Shown here: one piece after another, positions 36,829 through 50,362 of the stretch | How positions within the stretch are numbered: the first letter of the stretch is position 1 | Layout of the letters: each line of letters starts with the position of its first letter | Source of the DNA: Escherichia coli | Lineage (GTDB): Bacteria > Pseudomonadota > Gammaproteobacteria > Enterobacterales > Enterobacteriaceae | DNA: 64,000 nt | NCBI RefSeq assembly: GCF_044324785.1 | Contig: NZ_CP172127.1 | Direction: 5' to 3' (one strand) | Program-made: the position numbers and the translations under genes | The notes under the pieces: model-generated | The model's input: the letters and a program-made list of their open reading frames with translations, nothing else | Told to the model about the DNA's origin: nothing | The model's database searches: none

Positions 36829-37632
36829 ATGAACGCATTATTAACCAATCCCTTTAAAGAACGTTTACGCAAGGGCGAAGTGCAAATTGGTCTGTGGTTA
36901 AGCTCGACTACTTCTTATATGGCAGAAATTGCCGCCACTTCCGGTTATGACTGGTTGCTGATTGACGGGGAGCACGCGCCTAACACCATTCAGGATCTTT
37001 ATCACCAGCTACAGGCGGTAGCACCCTATGCCAGCCAACCCGTGATCCGTCCGGTGGAAGGCAGTAAATCGCTGATTAAACAAGTCCTGGATATTGGCGT
37101 GCAAACTCTACTGATCCCGATGGTCGATACTGCCGATCAGGCACGTCAGGTGGTGTCTGCCACGCGCTATCCTCCCTACGGTGAGCGTGGTGTCGGGGCC
37201 AGTGTGGCACGGGCTGCTCGCTGGGGACGCATTGAGAATTACATGGCGCAAGTCAACGATTCGCTTTGTCTGTTGGTGCAGGTGGAAAGTAAAACAGCAC
37301 TGGATAACCTGGACGAAATCCTCGACGTCGAAGGGATTGACGGCGTGTTTATTGGACCTGCGGATCTTTCTGCGTCGTTGGGCTACCCGGATAACGCCGG
37401 GCACCCGGAAGTGCAGCGAATTATTGAAACCAGTATTCGGCGGATCCGTGCTGCGGGTAAAGCGGCTGGTTTTCTGGCTGTGGCTCCTGATATGGCGCAG
37501 CAATGCCTGGCGTGGGGAGCGAACTTTGTCGCTGTTGGCGTTGACACGATGCTCTACAGCGATGCCCTGGATCAACGACTGGCGATGTTTAAATCAGGCA
37601 AAAATGGGCCACGCATAAAAGGTAGTTATTGA
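36829..37632 (+). CDS. rhmA: 2-keto-3-deoxy-L-rhamnonate aldolase (HpcH/HpaI family), 267 aa
   Basis: ORF track; translation recognised as RhmA. Confidence 0.92.
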   Translation: MNALLTNPFKERLRKGEVQIGLWLSSTTSYMAEIAATSGYDWLLIDGEHAPNTIQDLYHQLQAVAPYASQPVIRPVEGSKSLIKQVLDIGVQTLLIPMVDTADQARQVVSATRYPPYGERGVGASVARAARWGRIENYMAQVNDSLCLLVQVESKTALDNLDEILDVEGIDGVFIGPADLSASLGYPDNAGHPEVQRIIETSIRRIRAAGKAAGFLAVAPDMAQQCLAWGANFVAVGVDTMLYSDALDQRLAMFKSGKNGPRIKGSY

Positions 37633-37672
37633 TATCAAAGGCCCATGGGGATCGGCTGTGGGCCTGTGTTAA

Positions 37673-37846
37673 TTAGTGGTTATTCGCTGCCAGATCGGCT
37701 TCGCTTAGCTGGGTGGCCGCGAGCACCAGGTCACGATCAATGCCCTGTTCCAGCATGCGCAAAGCAATTTTAATGGCTTGTTCATGCATGCCTTCCTGCC
37801 AGCCAATTTGGTGTCCTTCCTGCCGTAGCCGTTCAGCAATAGTCAT
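37673..37846 (-). CDS. ypaA: Small protein YpaA, 57 aa, homologous to the C-terminal tail of RpnB (RpnS-like, DUF4351)
   Basis: Manual translation [60 protein letters not shown] near-duplicate of the rpnB 3' end; below the 60-aa track cutoff. Confidence 0.7.
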   Translation of the reverse strand: MTIAERLRQEGHQIGWQEGMHEQAIKIALRMLEQGIDRDLVLAATQLSEADLAANNH

Positions 37847-37858
37847 TAATCTCTCCTT

Positions 37859-38818
37859 TTAATAACAGTTCGGAATATCAGCATCAGTGAGTTGGGTTGT
37901 CGCCAGCACAATCTCACGTTCAAAGCCCTGTTCCAGCATGCGCAAGGCAATTTTAATGGCTTGTTCATGCATACCTTCTACTTTGCCTTTCTGCAAACCC
38001 TCCAACTTCCCCTCCTGCCAACCTTCAATCTTACCCTCCTGCCAGCCAATTTGATGCCCTTCCTGCCGCAGCCGTTCAGCAATAGTCATTAATCTCTCCT
38101 TTTGTAGTGGTGAACGTTCGGCAATCTCCTCAATAAAACGGGTGAAACGGGAGGTATCGCCGCATTGCAGCAGATAATTAAACAGCGTTTGTAGCTGGCT
38201 GTCATTAGTGAAGCCTCTAACCAAAAGCGTGGTGATCCTGTCGACCATACCGATTAAATCGCGGTCGCGAATATGCTTTTGAATCAGTTCAAGCAGAGCT
38301 ATACGCCGATGTTGCATGATCTCATCGTCAGGTACGATGGTGATATCCACCAACGGAAAAGCTTCGGTGTACAACTGCCGGGCAAGTTGCGGATCGTCAA
38401 ACTCATCCAGCCAGTTGAGTGAGTACGGGTAAGGCGAGGTTTCGCCATGATAAAACAGCAACGGCACCACCAGCGGGACTCTGTCATAGCCTTTGTCCAG
38501 GTGACGCTGCATGGCGGCAGTGGCATAGCGCATTAGCCGAAAAGCCATATTCTTTTCTGCAGAGCTTTGATGTTCAATCACGCAGTAGATATAACCGTCA
38601 CCGTCGCTGGTTTCCACGGACCACAAAACATCCGAGTAGTAAGCGCGTAAACTTTTTTCAATAAAACTGGTGGGTTCCAGGCGTAAGGTTTGCAGGTTAC
38701 AAAGCTTGCGCAGTGGTTCTGGTAAATGTATTTCGAGAAAATCCCGTGCGGTTTCGGGTGTGAACATAAAAGTTTTAAATACCGCATCATGCGGGGAGGA
38801 GGTTGTTGATTCGGTCAT
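37859..38818 (-). CDS. rpnB: Rpn-family (YhgA-like, PD-(D/E)XK) recombination-promoting nuclease RpnB, 319 aa in longest frame; true start may be the internal MFTPET methionine
   Basis: ORF track; transposase_31-like N-terminal domain; C-terminal GWQEG-K-x-EG repeats followed by an RpnS-like tail. Confidence 0.85.
   Translation of the reverse strand: MTESTTSSPHDAVFKTFMFTPETARDFLEIHLPEPLRKLCNLQTLRLEPTSFIEKSLRAYYSDVLWSVETSDGDGYIYCVIEHQSSAEKNMAFRLMRYATAAMQRHLDKGYDRVPLVVPLLFYHGETSPYPYSLNWLDEFDDPQLARQLYTEAFPLVDITIVPDDEIMQHRRIALLELIQKHIRDRDLIGMVDRITTLLVRGFTNDSQLQTLFNYLLQCGDTSRFTRFIEEIAERSPLQKERLMTIAERLRQEGHQIGWQEGKIEGWQEGKLEGLQKGKVEGMHEQAIKIALRMLEQGFEREIVLATTQLTDADIPNCY
37985..38060 (-). repeat. 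In-frame tandem peptide repeat ([23 protein letters not shown]) in the rpnB C-terminal region
   Basis: Plus strand shows reiterated ctcctgccagcc / cttccc units; translation shows repeated (W)QEGK(I/L)EG. Confidence 0.6.
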
Positions 38819-38964
38819 GGTTGTCCGTCACCTGATATTTATGATGACGCGACATTACGGTTATCCCAGGCCTTTGACATCTGCCAGTTTCAGCCTTTGC
38901 GAGACGTTTTCAGAGGAATTTTCACTGCGTTGCAACGCATACATTGGGCACGGAATCGTGTACG

Positions 38965-38999
38965 CAAAAATGCCCGGTAACCACATGCTTACCGGGCAT
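38965..38999 (-). terminator. Rho-independent terminator downstream of glpC (end of glpABC)
   Basis: Minus strand: perfect hairpin atgcccggtaa-gcatgtgg-ttaccgggcat followed by TTTTT. Confidence 0.75.
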
Positions 39000-39010
39000 C
39001 AGAAGGGAGT

Positions 39011-43075
<4,065 letters not shown>

Positions 43076-43221
43076 TGTTATCCCTCTGAAGTTCGTTTTT
43101 TACCATTTAGCCATAGTAAAAACATGAATTGTTTGATTTCGCGCATATTCGCTCATAATTCGAAAGTGAAACGTGATTTCATGCGTCATTCTGAACATTT
43201 CAACCATCGTATTTAATAATG

Positions 43222-43237
43222 TGTGCGGTAATTCACA
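43222..43237. promoter_or_regulatory. Candidate CRP site in the divergent glpT / glpABC control region
   Basis: TGTGC-ggtaat-TCACA matches TGTGA-N6-TCACA with one mismatch. Confidence 0.55.
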
Positions 43238-43347
43238 TTTAATTTATGAATGTTTTCTTAACATCGCGGCAACTCAAGAAACGGCAGGTTCTCCCACTGA
43301 ATCAGGCTGTTAATCATAAATAAGACCACGGGCCACGGAGGCTATCA

Positions 43348-44706
43348 ATGTTGAGTATTTTTAAACCAGCGCCACACAAAGCGCGCTTACCTGCCGCGGA
43401 GATCGATCCGACATATCGTCGATTGCGCTGGCAAATTTTCCTGGGGATATTCTTTGGTTATGCTGCTTACTATTTGGTTCGTAAGAACTTTGCCCTCGCT
43501 ATGCCTTATCTGGTCGAGCAGGGCTTCTCACGCGGTGATTTAGGTTTTGCCCTTTCGGGGATCTCGATTGCTTATGGATTTTCGAAATTCATCATGGGCT
43601 CGGTGTCAGATCGCTCGAATCCGCGCGTTTTCCTGCCCGCAGGTTTGATTCTGGCGGCGGCAGTGATGTTGTTTATGGGCTTTGTGCCGTGGGCGACGTC
43701 GAGCATCGCGGTGATGTTTGTACTGTTGTTCCTCTGCGGTTGGTTCCAGGGGATGGGGTGGCCGCCGTGTGGTCGTACTATGGTGCACTGGTGGTCGCAG
43801 AAAGAACGTGGCGGCATTGTGTCAGTGTGGAACTGTGCGCACAACGTCGGTGGTGGTATTCCGCCGCTGCTGTTCCTGCTGGGGATGGCCTGGTTCAATG
43901 ACTGGCACGCGGCGCTCTATATGCCCGCTTTCTGCGCCATTCTGGTGGCATTATTCGCCTTTGCGATGATGCGCGATACCCCGCAATCCTGTGGCTTGCC
44001 GCCGATCGAAGAGTACAAAAATGATTATCCGGACGACTATAACGAAAAAGCGGAACAGGAGCTGACGGCGAAGCAGATCTTCATGCAGTACGTGTTGCCG
44101 AACAAATTGCTGTGGTACATCGCTATCGCCAACGTGTTCGTTTATCTGCTGCGTTACGGCATCCTCGACTGGTCACCGACTTATCTGAAAGAGGTGAAAC
44201 ACTTCGCGCTGGATAAATCCTCCTGGGCCTACTTCTTCTATGAGTATGCGGGCATTCCGGGCACCCTGCTGTGCGGCTGGATGTCGGATAAAGTCTTCCG
44301 TGGCAACCGTGGGGCCACCGGCGTCTTCTTTATGACACTGGTGACCATCGCGACTATCGTTTACTGGATGAACCCGGCAGGTAACCCAACCGTAGATATG
44401 ATTTGTATGATTGTTATCGGCTTCCTGATCTACGGCCCTGTGATGCTGATCGGTCTGCATGCGCTGGAACTGGCACCGAAAAAAGCGGCAGGTACGGCAG
44501 CGGGCTTTACCGGGCTGTTTGGTTACCTGGGCGGTTCGGTGGCGGCAAGCGCGATTGTTGGCTACACCGTGGACTTCTTCGGCTGGGATGGCGGCTTTAT
44601 GGTAATGATTGGCGGCAGCATTCTCGCGGTTATCTTGTTGATTGTTGTGATGATTGGCGAAAAACGTCGCCATCAGGAATTACTGCAAAAACGCAACGGA
44701 GGCTAA
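43348..44706 (+). CDS. glpT: Glycerol-3-phosphate:phosphate antiporter (MFS), 452 aa
   Basis: ORF track; translation recognised as GlpT. Confidence 0.96.
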   Translation: MLSIFKPAPHKARLPAAEIDPTYRRLRWQIFLGIFFGYAAYYLVRKNFALAMPYLVEQGFSRGDLGFALSGISIAYGFSKFIMGSVSDRSNPRVFLPAGLILAAAVMLFMGFVPWATSSIAVMFVLLFLCGWFQGMGWPPCGRTMVHWWSQKERGGIVSVWNCAHNVGGGIPPLLFLLGMAWFNDWHAALYMPAFCAILVALFAFAMMRDTPQSCGLPPIEEYKNDYPDDYNEKAEQELTAKQIFMQYVLPNKLLWYIAIANVFVYLLRYGILDWSPTYLKEVKHFALDKSSWAYFFYEYAGIPGTLLCGWMSDKVFRGNRGATGVFFMTLVTIATIVYWMNPAGNPTVDMICMIVIGFLIYGPVMLIGLHALELAPKKAAGTAAGFTGLFGYLGGSVAASAIVGYTVDFFGWDGGFMVMIGGSILAVILLIVVMIGEKRRHQELLQKRNGG

Positions 44707-44710
44707 TGGC

Positions 44711-45787
44711 ATGAAATTGACGCTAAAAAACCTTAGCATGGCGATCATGATGAGTGGAATGATCATGGGAAGCAGTGCAATGGCGGCGGATAGCAACGAA
44801 AAAATAGTCATCGCCCATCGCGGTGCCAGTGGTTATTTGCCGGAGCATACGCTGCCAGCAAAAGCGATGGCGTATGCGCAGGGAGCGGATTATCTGGAAC
44901 AGGATTTGGTGATGACCAAAGACGACCATCTGGTTGTTCTGCATGACCATTACCTCGATCGTGTTACTGATGTTGCCGATCGTTTCCCGGATCGGGCGCG
45001 CAAAGACGGTCGTTACTACGCGATAGATTTCACGCTGGATGAAATTAAGTCGCTGAAATTTACCGAAGGTTTCGATATTGAAAACGGTAAAAAAGTGCAG
45101 ACTTATCCGGGGCGTTTCCCAATGGGTAAGTCCGACTTCCGGGTGCACACCTTTGAAGAAGAGATTGAATTTGTTCAGGGGTTAAATCACTCTACCGGGA
45201 AAAATATCGGTATCTATCCAGAAATTAAAGCGCCGTGGTTCCATCATCAGGAAGGGAAGGATATTGCGGCAAAAACGCTGGAAGTGCTGAAGAAATATGG
45301 TTACACCGGTAAGGACGACAAAGTTTATTTGCAATGTTTTGATGCCGATGAACTGAAGCGTATTAAGAATGAGCTGGAACCTAAAATGGGCATGGACCTC
45401 AATCTGTTACAGCTGATTGCCTATACCGACTGGAACGAAACTCAGCAGAAACAACCGGACGGAAGCTGGGTTAATTACAACTACGACTGGATGTTTAAGC
45501 CGGGGGCCATGAAACAGGTGGCGGAATATGCTGATGGTATTGGCCCGGATTACCATATGTTGATTGAGGAGACATCGCAGCCGGGTAATATCAAACTCAC
45601 TGGCATGGTGCAAGATGCTCAGCAGAATAAACTGGTAGTGCATCCTTATACCGTGCGGTCAGATAAACTGCCTGAATACACTACTGATGTGAATCAGTTA
45701 TATGATGTTCTGTATAACAAAGCGGGTGTAAATGGGCTGTTTACTGATTTCCCTGATAAGGCAGTAAAATTCCTTAATAAAGAGTAA
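44711..45787 (+). CDS. glpQ: Periplasmic glycerophosphodiester phosphodiesterase, 358 aa
   Basis: ATG for MKLTLKNLSMAIMMSG (signal peptide) within track ORF 44654..45787. Confidence 0.94.
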   Translation: MKLTLKNLSMAIMMSGMIMGSSAMAADSNEKIVIAHRGASGYLPEHTLPAKAMAYAQGADYLEQDLVMTKDDHLVVLHDHYLDRVTDVADRFPDRARKDGRYYAIDFTLDEIKSLKFTEGFDIENGKKVQTYPGRFPMGKSDFRVHTFEEEIEFVQGLNHSTGKNIGIYPEIKAPWFHHQEGKDIAAKTLEVLKKYGYTGKDDKVYLQCFDADELKRIKNELEPKMGMDLNLLQLIAYTDWNETQQKQPDGSWVNYNYDWMFKPGAMKQVAEYADGIGPDYHMLIEETSQPGNIKLTGMVQDAQQNKLVVHPYTVRSDKLPEYTTDVNQLYDVLYNKAGVNGLFTDFPDKAVKFLNKE

Positions 45788-45806
45788 TGCTACTGCAGGA
45801 TGGCGT

Positions 45807-46706
45807 TCATGCGCCATCCTGTCTCATATCAAATTTTCCACTCTCCACTAATTGTTCTGTGCACATTTGTAGTAAAAACAGTGGACTGCCTTCTACCGGC
45901 TTTTCTTTAGCCAGCAACGAAATCTGTCGATAGAAGGTTGGTTCGAGAGGAACGGAACACAATTCACCTGCAATGGTTTTCAGCGTTAACTCTGGTAATA
46001 AGGCGATGCCTAATCCCTGTCGAATAAAACTGATCGCTGTATCCGGGTGATTAAATTCATATTTTATCTGTGGGGTAATATTCTTTTCTTTAAATAGTGC
46101 CATAATGCTTAATTCATAGCGTCCTTTACTAATAATTAATGGTTCACCCATTAACTCTTCCACTGTAATAGTGCTGTTTTTTGCCAGAGCATGGTCGGGC
46201 GGTAACACTACGGTGAATTTATCCTGATAAATGGGCACGGAGTACATTCCGCTCACCGGAAAATGAACAAAACCGGCATCAATGGATTCATTCTGAAGGG
46301 AATCAATAATCGCTGTGCTATTTTCCTCAAAAGGAATAATTTTTATATTCGGATGATGAATTTCAAAGTAGCGAATCACAACCGGTAAGATACAGGCGCA
46401 GACGCTGGGGAAACAACCAAGTCTCAGCGTTCTTTGAGGGTTCTGCTTTTCCTGCTCGGCTATCTCTTTTACTGCGTTCACTTCCCGATTAATGGCGCGC
46501 AGATGATGCACAATACGATGACCTGCTGCGGTCAGTTGTATAGCTTTACGGCGATCGCGTAACAGTATATTCACGCCAAGTTCTTGTTCGAGGGCAGCAA
46601 TTGCCTGACTTACCGCCGACTGCGTCATGAACAATCGCTTGCTGGCTTCAGTAAAGCCACCGTAATCCAGCACGGCGAGTAAAGAATTTATTTGGGTAAG
46701 AGTCAT
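45807..46706 (-). CDS. LysR-family transcriptional regulator, 299 aa (intact)
   Basis: N-terminal HTH (FMTQSAVSQAIAALEQELGV) and LysR substrate-binding domain; divergent from the MFS gene. Confidence 0.85.
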   Translation of the reverse strand: MTLTQINSLLAVLDYGGFTEASKRLFMTQSAVSQAIAALEQELGVNILLRDRRKAIQLTAAGHRIVHHLRAINREVNAVKEIAEQEKQNPQRTLRLGCFPSVCACILPVVIRYFEIHHPNIKIIPFEENSTAIIDSLQNESIDAGFVHFPVSGMYSVPIYQDKFTVVLPPDHALAKNSTITVEELMGEPLIISKGRYELSIMALFKEKNITPQIKYEFNHPDTAISFIRQGLGIALLPELTLKTIAGELCSVPLEPTFYRQISLLAKEKPVEGSPLFLLQMCTEQLVESGKFDMRQDGA

Positions 46707-46707
46707 T

Positions 46708-46723
46708 AGAGTTTGCTAATCAA
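46708..46723. promoter_or_regulatory. Candidate LysR-type binding palindrome immediately upstream of the LysR gene
   Basis: ATTAG-agtttg-CTAAT inverted repeat in the divergent intergenic region. Confidence 0.4.
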
Positions 46724-46857
46724 TAATATTAAAACGATTAATTTCTCTAATAGCATGCCGCCATTTATACTTCTGTTCTGTAAAGTACATCACAATTTGA
46801 CGCAACCGCAGTAACGGGAGTGTTGTCTGCGTGCGTCATCCTGACAGGCGGTAGGGT

Positions 46858-48048
46858 ATGAAAGAGAAGTTATGGACGAAGGGTTTTTGGGCAATAACCA
46901 TCATCAGCTTTATTATTTTCTTCGTCTTTTATGTTTTACTAACATTGTTGCCAATTTATATCTCTGACCGCTTGCATGCCTCTCCTGATAAAGCCGGTTT
47001 ATTGGTGACTTTATTTTTAATTGCCGCCATTGTTATTCGCCCATTTGCCGGGCAATGGGTGGGTAAATACTCGAATAAAACTATTCTGGTGCTCTCTTCT
47101 CTGGCCTTTTTATTGGTCACAGCGTTGTATCCTTTTTGCCACTCAATTGAATCACTGCTTTTTATTCGGGTGCTTCATGGTATTACCTTCGGGGTTATCA
47201 CTACGGTAAAAGGAACGATTTCCGCGCGGCTGATCCCGGCCTCCCGACGTGGGGAGGGCATCAGTTTTTTCTCTCTGGCAATGGGGCTGGCGATGGTGGT
47301 CGGGCCGTGGATTGGCCTGAATATGGCGCGCTGGGAGGCCTTTAATATGGCTTTCTGGTTATGCACCGGCGTGGCAGCGGTGGGGATTATTCTGTCGCTG
47401 ATTATGACAGTGCCGCCGGTTATCAGCCATGCTGATGGTTCAACGCCGAAAATGGGCTTCGCCGCCATGTTCGATCGCGCGGCGTTGCCATTTGCGATGG
47501 TCACCTTTTTTATGACCTTTTCGTATGCCGGGGTTTCTGCTTTTCTGGCGCTTTATGCACGCGAACTTAACCTGATGTCGGCAGCCAGTAATTTCCTGCT
47601 TTGCTACGCTATCTTCCTGATGATCTGCCGTACCTTTACCGGCAATGTCTGCGACAAAAAAGGACCGAAATATGTGGTTTACCCTTGCCTTGTGTTCTTT
47701 ACGGTAGGACTGGTGGTTCTCGGCTACACCCAGGGAAGCATAATGATGGTTGTTTCTGGCGCGTTGATTGGTATCGGGTATGGTTCCGTGACGCCAGTTT
47801 TTCAGACGCAGATTATCAGTTCAGTGGAACCGCATAAAATCGGTGTCGCAAACTCCCTCTTCTTCAATGCGATGGATGCAGGCCTGGCGCTGGGAGCCTG
47901 TGTGATGGGGATGATGGTTGCACATACTGGCTACCGAATGATTTATCTGCTGGGTGCACTATTAGTGGTAGTGGCTGGTGGAGTCTATGCGCTGCAAATG
48001 AAGGGTAAAAGCGGTGTCGCGCTAGTAGTGGCAAAAGAAATTCATTAA
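46858..48048 (+). CDS. MFS transporter of unknown substrate, 396 aa
   Basis: 12-TM-like hydrophobic profile; divergently paired with the LysR regulator. Confidence 0.85.
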   Translation: MKEKLWTKGFWAITIISFIIFFVFYVLLTLLPIYISDRLHASPDKAGLLVTLFLIAAIVIRPFAGQWVGKYSNKTILVLSSLAFLLVTALYPFCHSIESLLFIRVLHGITFGVITTVKGTISARLIPASRRGEGISFFSLAMGLAMVVGPWIGLNMARWEAFNMAFWLCTGVAAVGIILSLIMTVPPVISHADGSTPKMGFAAMFDRAALPFAMVTFFMTFSYAGVSAFLALYARELNLMSAASNFLLCYAIFLMICRTFTGNVCDKKGPKYVVYPCLVFFTVGLVVLGYTQGSIMMVVSGALIGIGYGSVTPVFQTQIISSVEPHKIGVANSLFFNAMDAGLALGACVMGMMVAHTGYRMIYLLGALLVVVAGGVYALQMKGKSGVALVVAKEIH

Positions 48049-48128
48049 TACGACACGTTTCATTAAGATTTTTCGCAGGTAACCACCTATAGTCATTGTC
48101 GTTAATAAAAAATGACAGGCGATAGGGT

Positions 48129-48779
48129 ATGGCAGTTTCAGCAAAGCACGACGAATTTAATCACTGGTGGGCAACAGAGGGCGACTGGGTTGAAGAGCCT
48201 AACTATCGCCGTAATGGTATGAGCGGGGTGCAATGCGTCGAGCGCAACGGCAAAAAGCTATATGTAAAGCGCATGACGCATCATCTGTTTCATTCCGTAC
48301 GTTATCCGTTCGGCCGACCAACGATTGTCCGTGAGGTTGCGGTAATTAAAGAACTGGAACGGGCCGGTGTCATCGTGCCGAAGATCGTTTTTGGTGAAGC
48401 GGTGAAAATTGAGGGGGAATGGCGCGCGTTGCTGGTGACTGAAGATATGGCGGGGTTCATCAGCATTGCTGACTGGTATGCCCAGCATGCAGTAACGCCC
48501 TATTCTGACGAAGTACGGCAAGCCATGTTGAAAGCAGTGGCGCTGGCGTTTAAGAAAATGCATAGCGTTAATCGTCAGCATGGCTGTTGCTATGTTCGCC
48601 ATATCTATGTGAAAACAGAAGGTAAGGTAGAAGCTGGATTTCTTGATCTGGAGAAAAGTCGTCGCCGCTTGCGTCGCGATAAAGCGATTAATCATGACTT
48701 CCGCCAGCTGGAAAAATATCTGGAGCCGATCCCCAAAGCGGACTGGGAGCAGGTGAAAGCGTATTACTACGCCATGTAA
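48129..48779 (+). CDS. inaA: Kdo/WaaP-family lipopolysaccharide kinase InaA, 216 aa
   Basis: ORF track; translation recognised as InaA. Confidence 0.9.
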   Translation: MAVSAKHDEFNHWWATEGDWVEEPNYRRNGMSGVQCVERNGKKLYVKRMTHHLFHSVRYPFGRPTIVREVAVIKELERAGVIVPKIVFGEAVKIEGEWRALLVTEDMAGFISIADWYAQHAVTPYSDEVRQAMLKAVALAFKKMHSVNRQHGCCYVRHIYVKTEGKVEAGFLDLEKSRRRLRRDKAINHDFRQLEKYLEPIPKADWEQVKAYYYAM

Positions 48780-48832
48780 TCGTTGTAGGCCAGATAATAC
48801 GCGTAAGCGTCGTATCTGGCGCTAGTACCCGA

Positions 48833-49087
48833 TCACAACTCGATTTCAATATCGCCTTTTGCCCGGCAACAACAGGGCAAAATTTCCCCCGGCTGAATAA
48901 AAGCTAACGGTTCGGCAATCCAGTCCACCTGGCCTGCAACAAGGCGCGTGCGACAGGAACCGCAGTAACCTTCGCGGCACTGGTACTCAACCGCCACATT
49001 GTGGGATTCCAGCGCCGCCAGAAGGGAAGGGTGTTCATCCTGGCACAGCAGTTGTGTGCCAGTGATGCGCAGGGTAACGCGAGCCAT
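48833..49087 (-). CDS. yfaE: [2Fe-2S] ferredoxin YfaE (NrdB diferric-tyrosyl cofactor maintenance), 84 aa
   Basis: ORF track; Cys motif CREGYCGSC; immediately downstream of nrdB. Confidence 0.92.
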   Translation of the reverse strand: MARVTLRITGTQLLCQDEHPSLLAALESHNVAVEYQCREGYCGSCRTRLVAGQVDWIAEPLAFIQPGEILPCCCRAKGDIEIEL

Positions 49088-50217
49088 CAGAGCTGGAAGT
49101 TACTCAAATCGTCGGTGTCCACTTCCGAGTCAATCTGCCCGACCAGATAAGAACTAACTTCCACTTCCTGCGGAGCAACCTGCACGTTATCAGACACCAG
49201 CCAGGTGTTGATCCACGGGATCGGGTTGGAGCGCGTCTGGAACGGCAGATCCAAACCGACTGCCTGCATGCGGATATTGGTGATGTATTCAACGTACTGG
49301 CAGAGAATGTCTTTATTCAGACCAATCATCGAACCGTCACGGAACAGATAATCCGCCCAGTCTTTCTCTTGCTGTGCCGCCTGGACAAACAGGTCATAGC
49401 ATTCCTGCTTACACTCTTCGGCAATTTCCGCCATCTCCGGATCATCCGCGCCGCTGCGCAGCAGATTCAGCATATGCTGAGTACCGGTCAGGTGCAGGGC
49501 TTCATCGCGGGCAATCAGGCGAATAATTTTGGCGTTACCTTCCATCAGCTCACGTTCTGCAAAGGCAAAGGAACAAGCAAAGCTGACGTAGAAGCGGATC
49601 GCTTCCAGCGCGTTAACGCTCATCAGGCAGAGATACAGTTTTTTCTTCAGCTCGCGCAGGCTAACGGTTACGGTTTTACCGTTAACGGTGTGGGTACCTT
49701 CGCCCAGCAGATGCCAGTAGCTGGTCATTTCGATCAGCTCATCGTAATAGCTGGAGATCCCTTCCGCACGTTTCTGGATCTGCTCGTTGGTGACGATATC
49801 ATCAAACACAACGGACGGATCGTTAACGATATTACGAATGATATGAGTATAGGAGCGGGAATGAATCGTTTCTGAGAACGCCCAGGTTTCTACCCAGGTT
49901 TCCAGTTCCGGGATCGAGATCAGCGGCAGCAGTGCCACGTTCGGGCTACGACCCTGAATGGAGTCCAGCAGCGTCTGATATTTCAGGTTGCTGATAAAGA
50001 TGTGTTTTTCGTGTTCAGGCAGTGCCTGGTAATCGATACGGTCACGAGAAACGTCAACTTCTTCCGGACGCCAGAAGAAAGAGAGCTGCTTTTCGATCAG
50101 CTTTTCGAAGATGTCATATTTTTGCTGATCGTAGCGAGCCACGTTGACCGGCTGACCAAAGAACATCGGTTCTTTCAGCTGATCATTTTTCGTCTGTGAA
50201 AAGGTGGTATATGCCAT
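49087..50217 (-). CDS. nrdB: Class Ia ribonucleotide reductase beta subunit, 376 aa
   Basis: Start set to ATG for [17 protein letters not shown]; track ORF 49087..50268 extends upstream. Confidence 0.95.
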
Positions 50218-50239
50218 GAATGTGTCCTGTTGGGAGTTT

Positions 50240-50355
50240 AATGCCGGATAAGGCATTTTACGCCGCATCCTGTGCCTGATGCGACGCTGGCGCGTCTTAT
50301 CAGGCCTACAAACCGAGCCGTAGGCCGGATAAGGCGTTCACGCCGCATCCGGCAT
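50240..50355. repeat. REP/BIME cluster between nrdA and nrdB
   Basis: Three REP-like units (gccggataaggc...gccgcatcc, gcctgatgcgacgc...caggcctac, gtaggccggataaggcgttcacgccgcatccggca). Confidence 0.8.
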
Positions 50356-50362
50356 CTCAATA

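Noticed and set aside
37859-38818. rpnB as an IS or transposase (mobile element)
   Set aside because: It has transposase_31 / PD-(D/E)XK similarity, but no terminal inverted repeats or target-site duplication are visible, and the position is fixed between rhmA and glpC. It is treated as a chromosomal Rpn nuclease.
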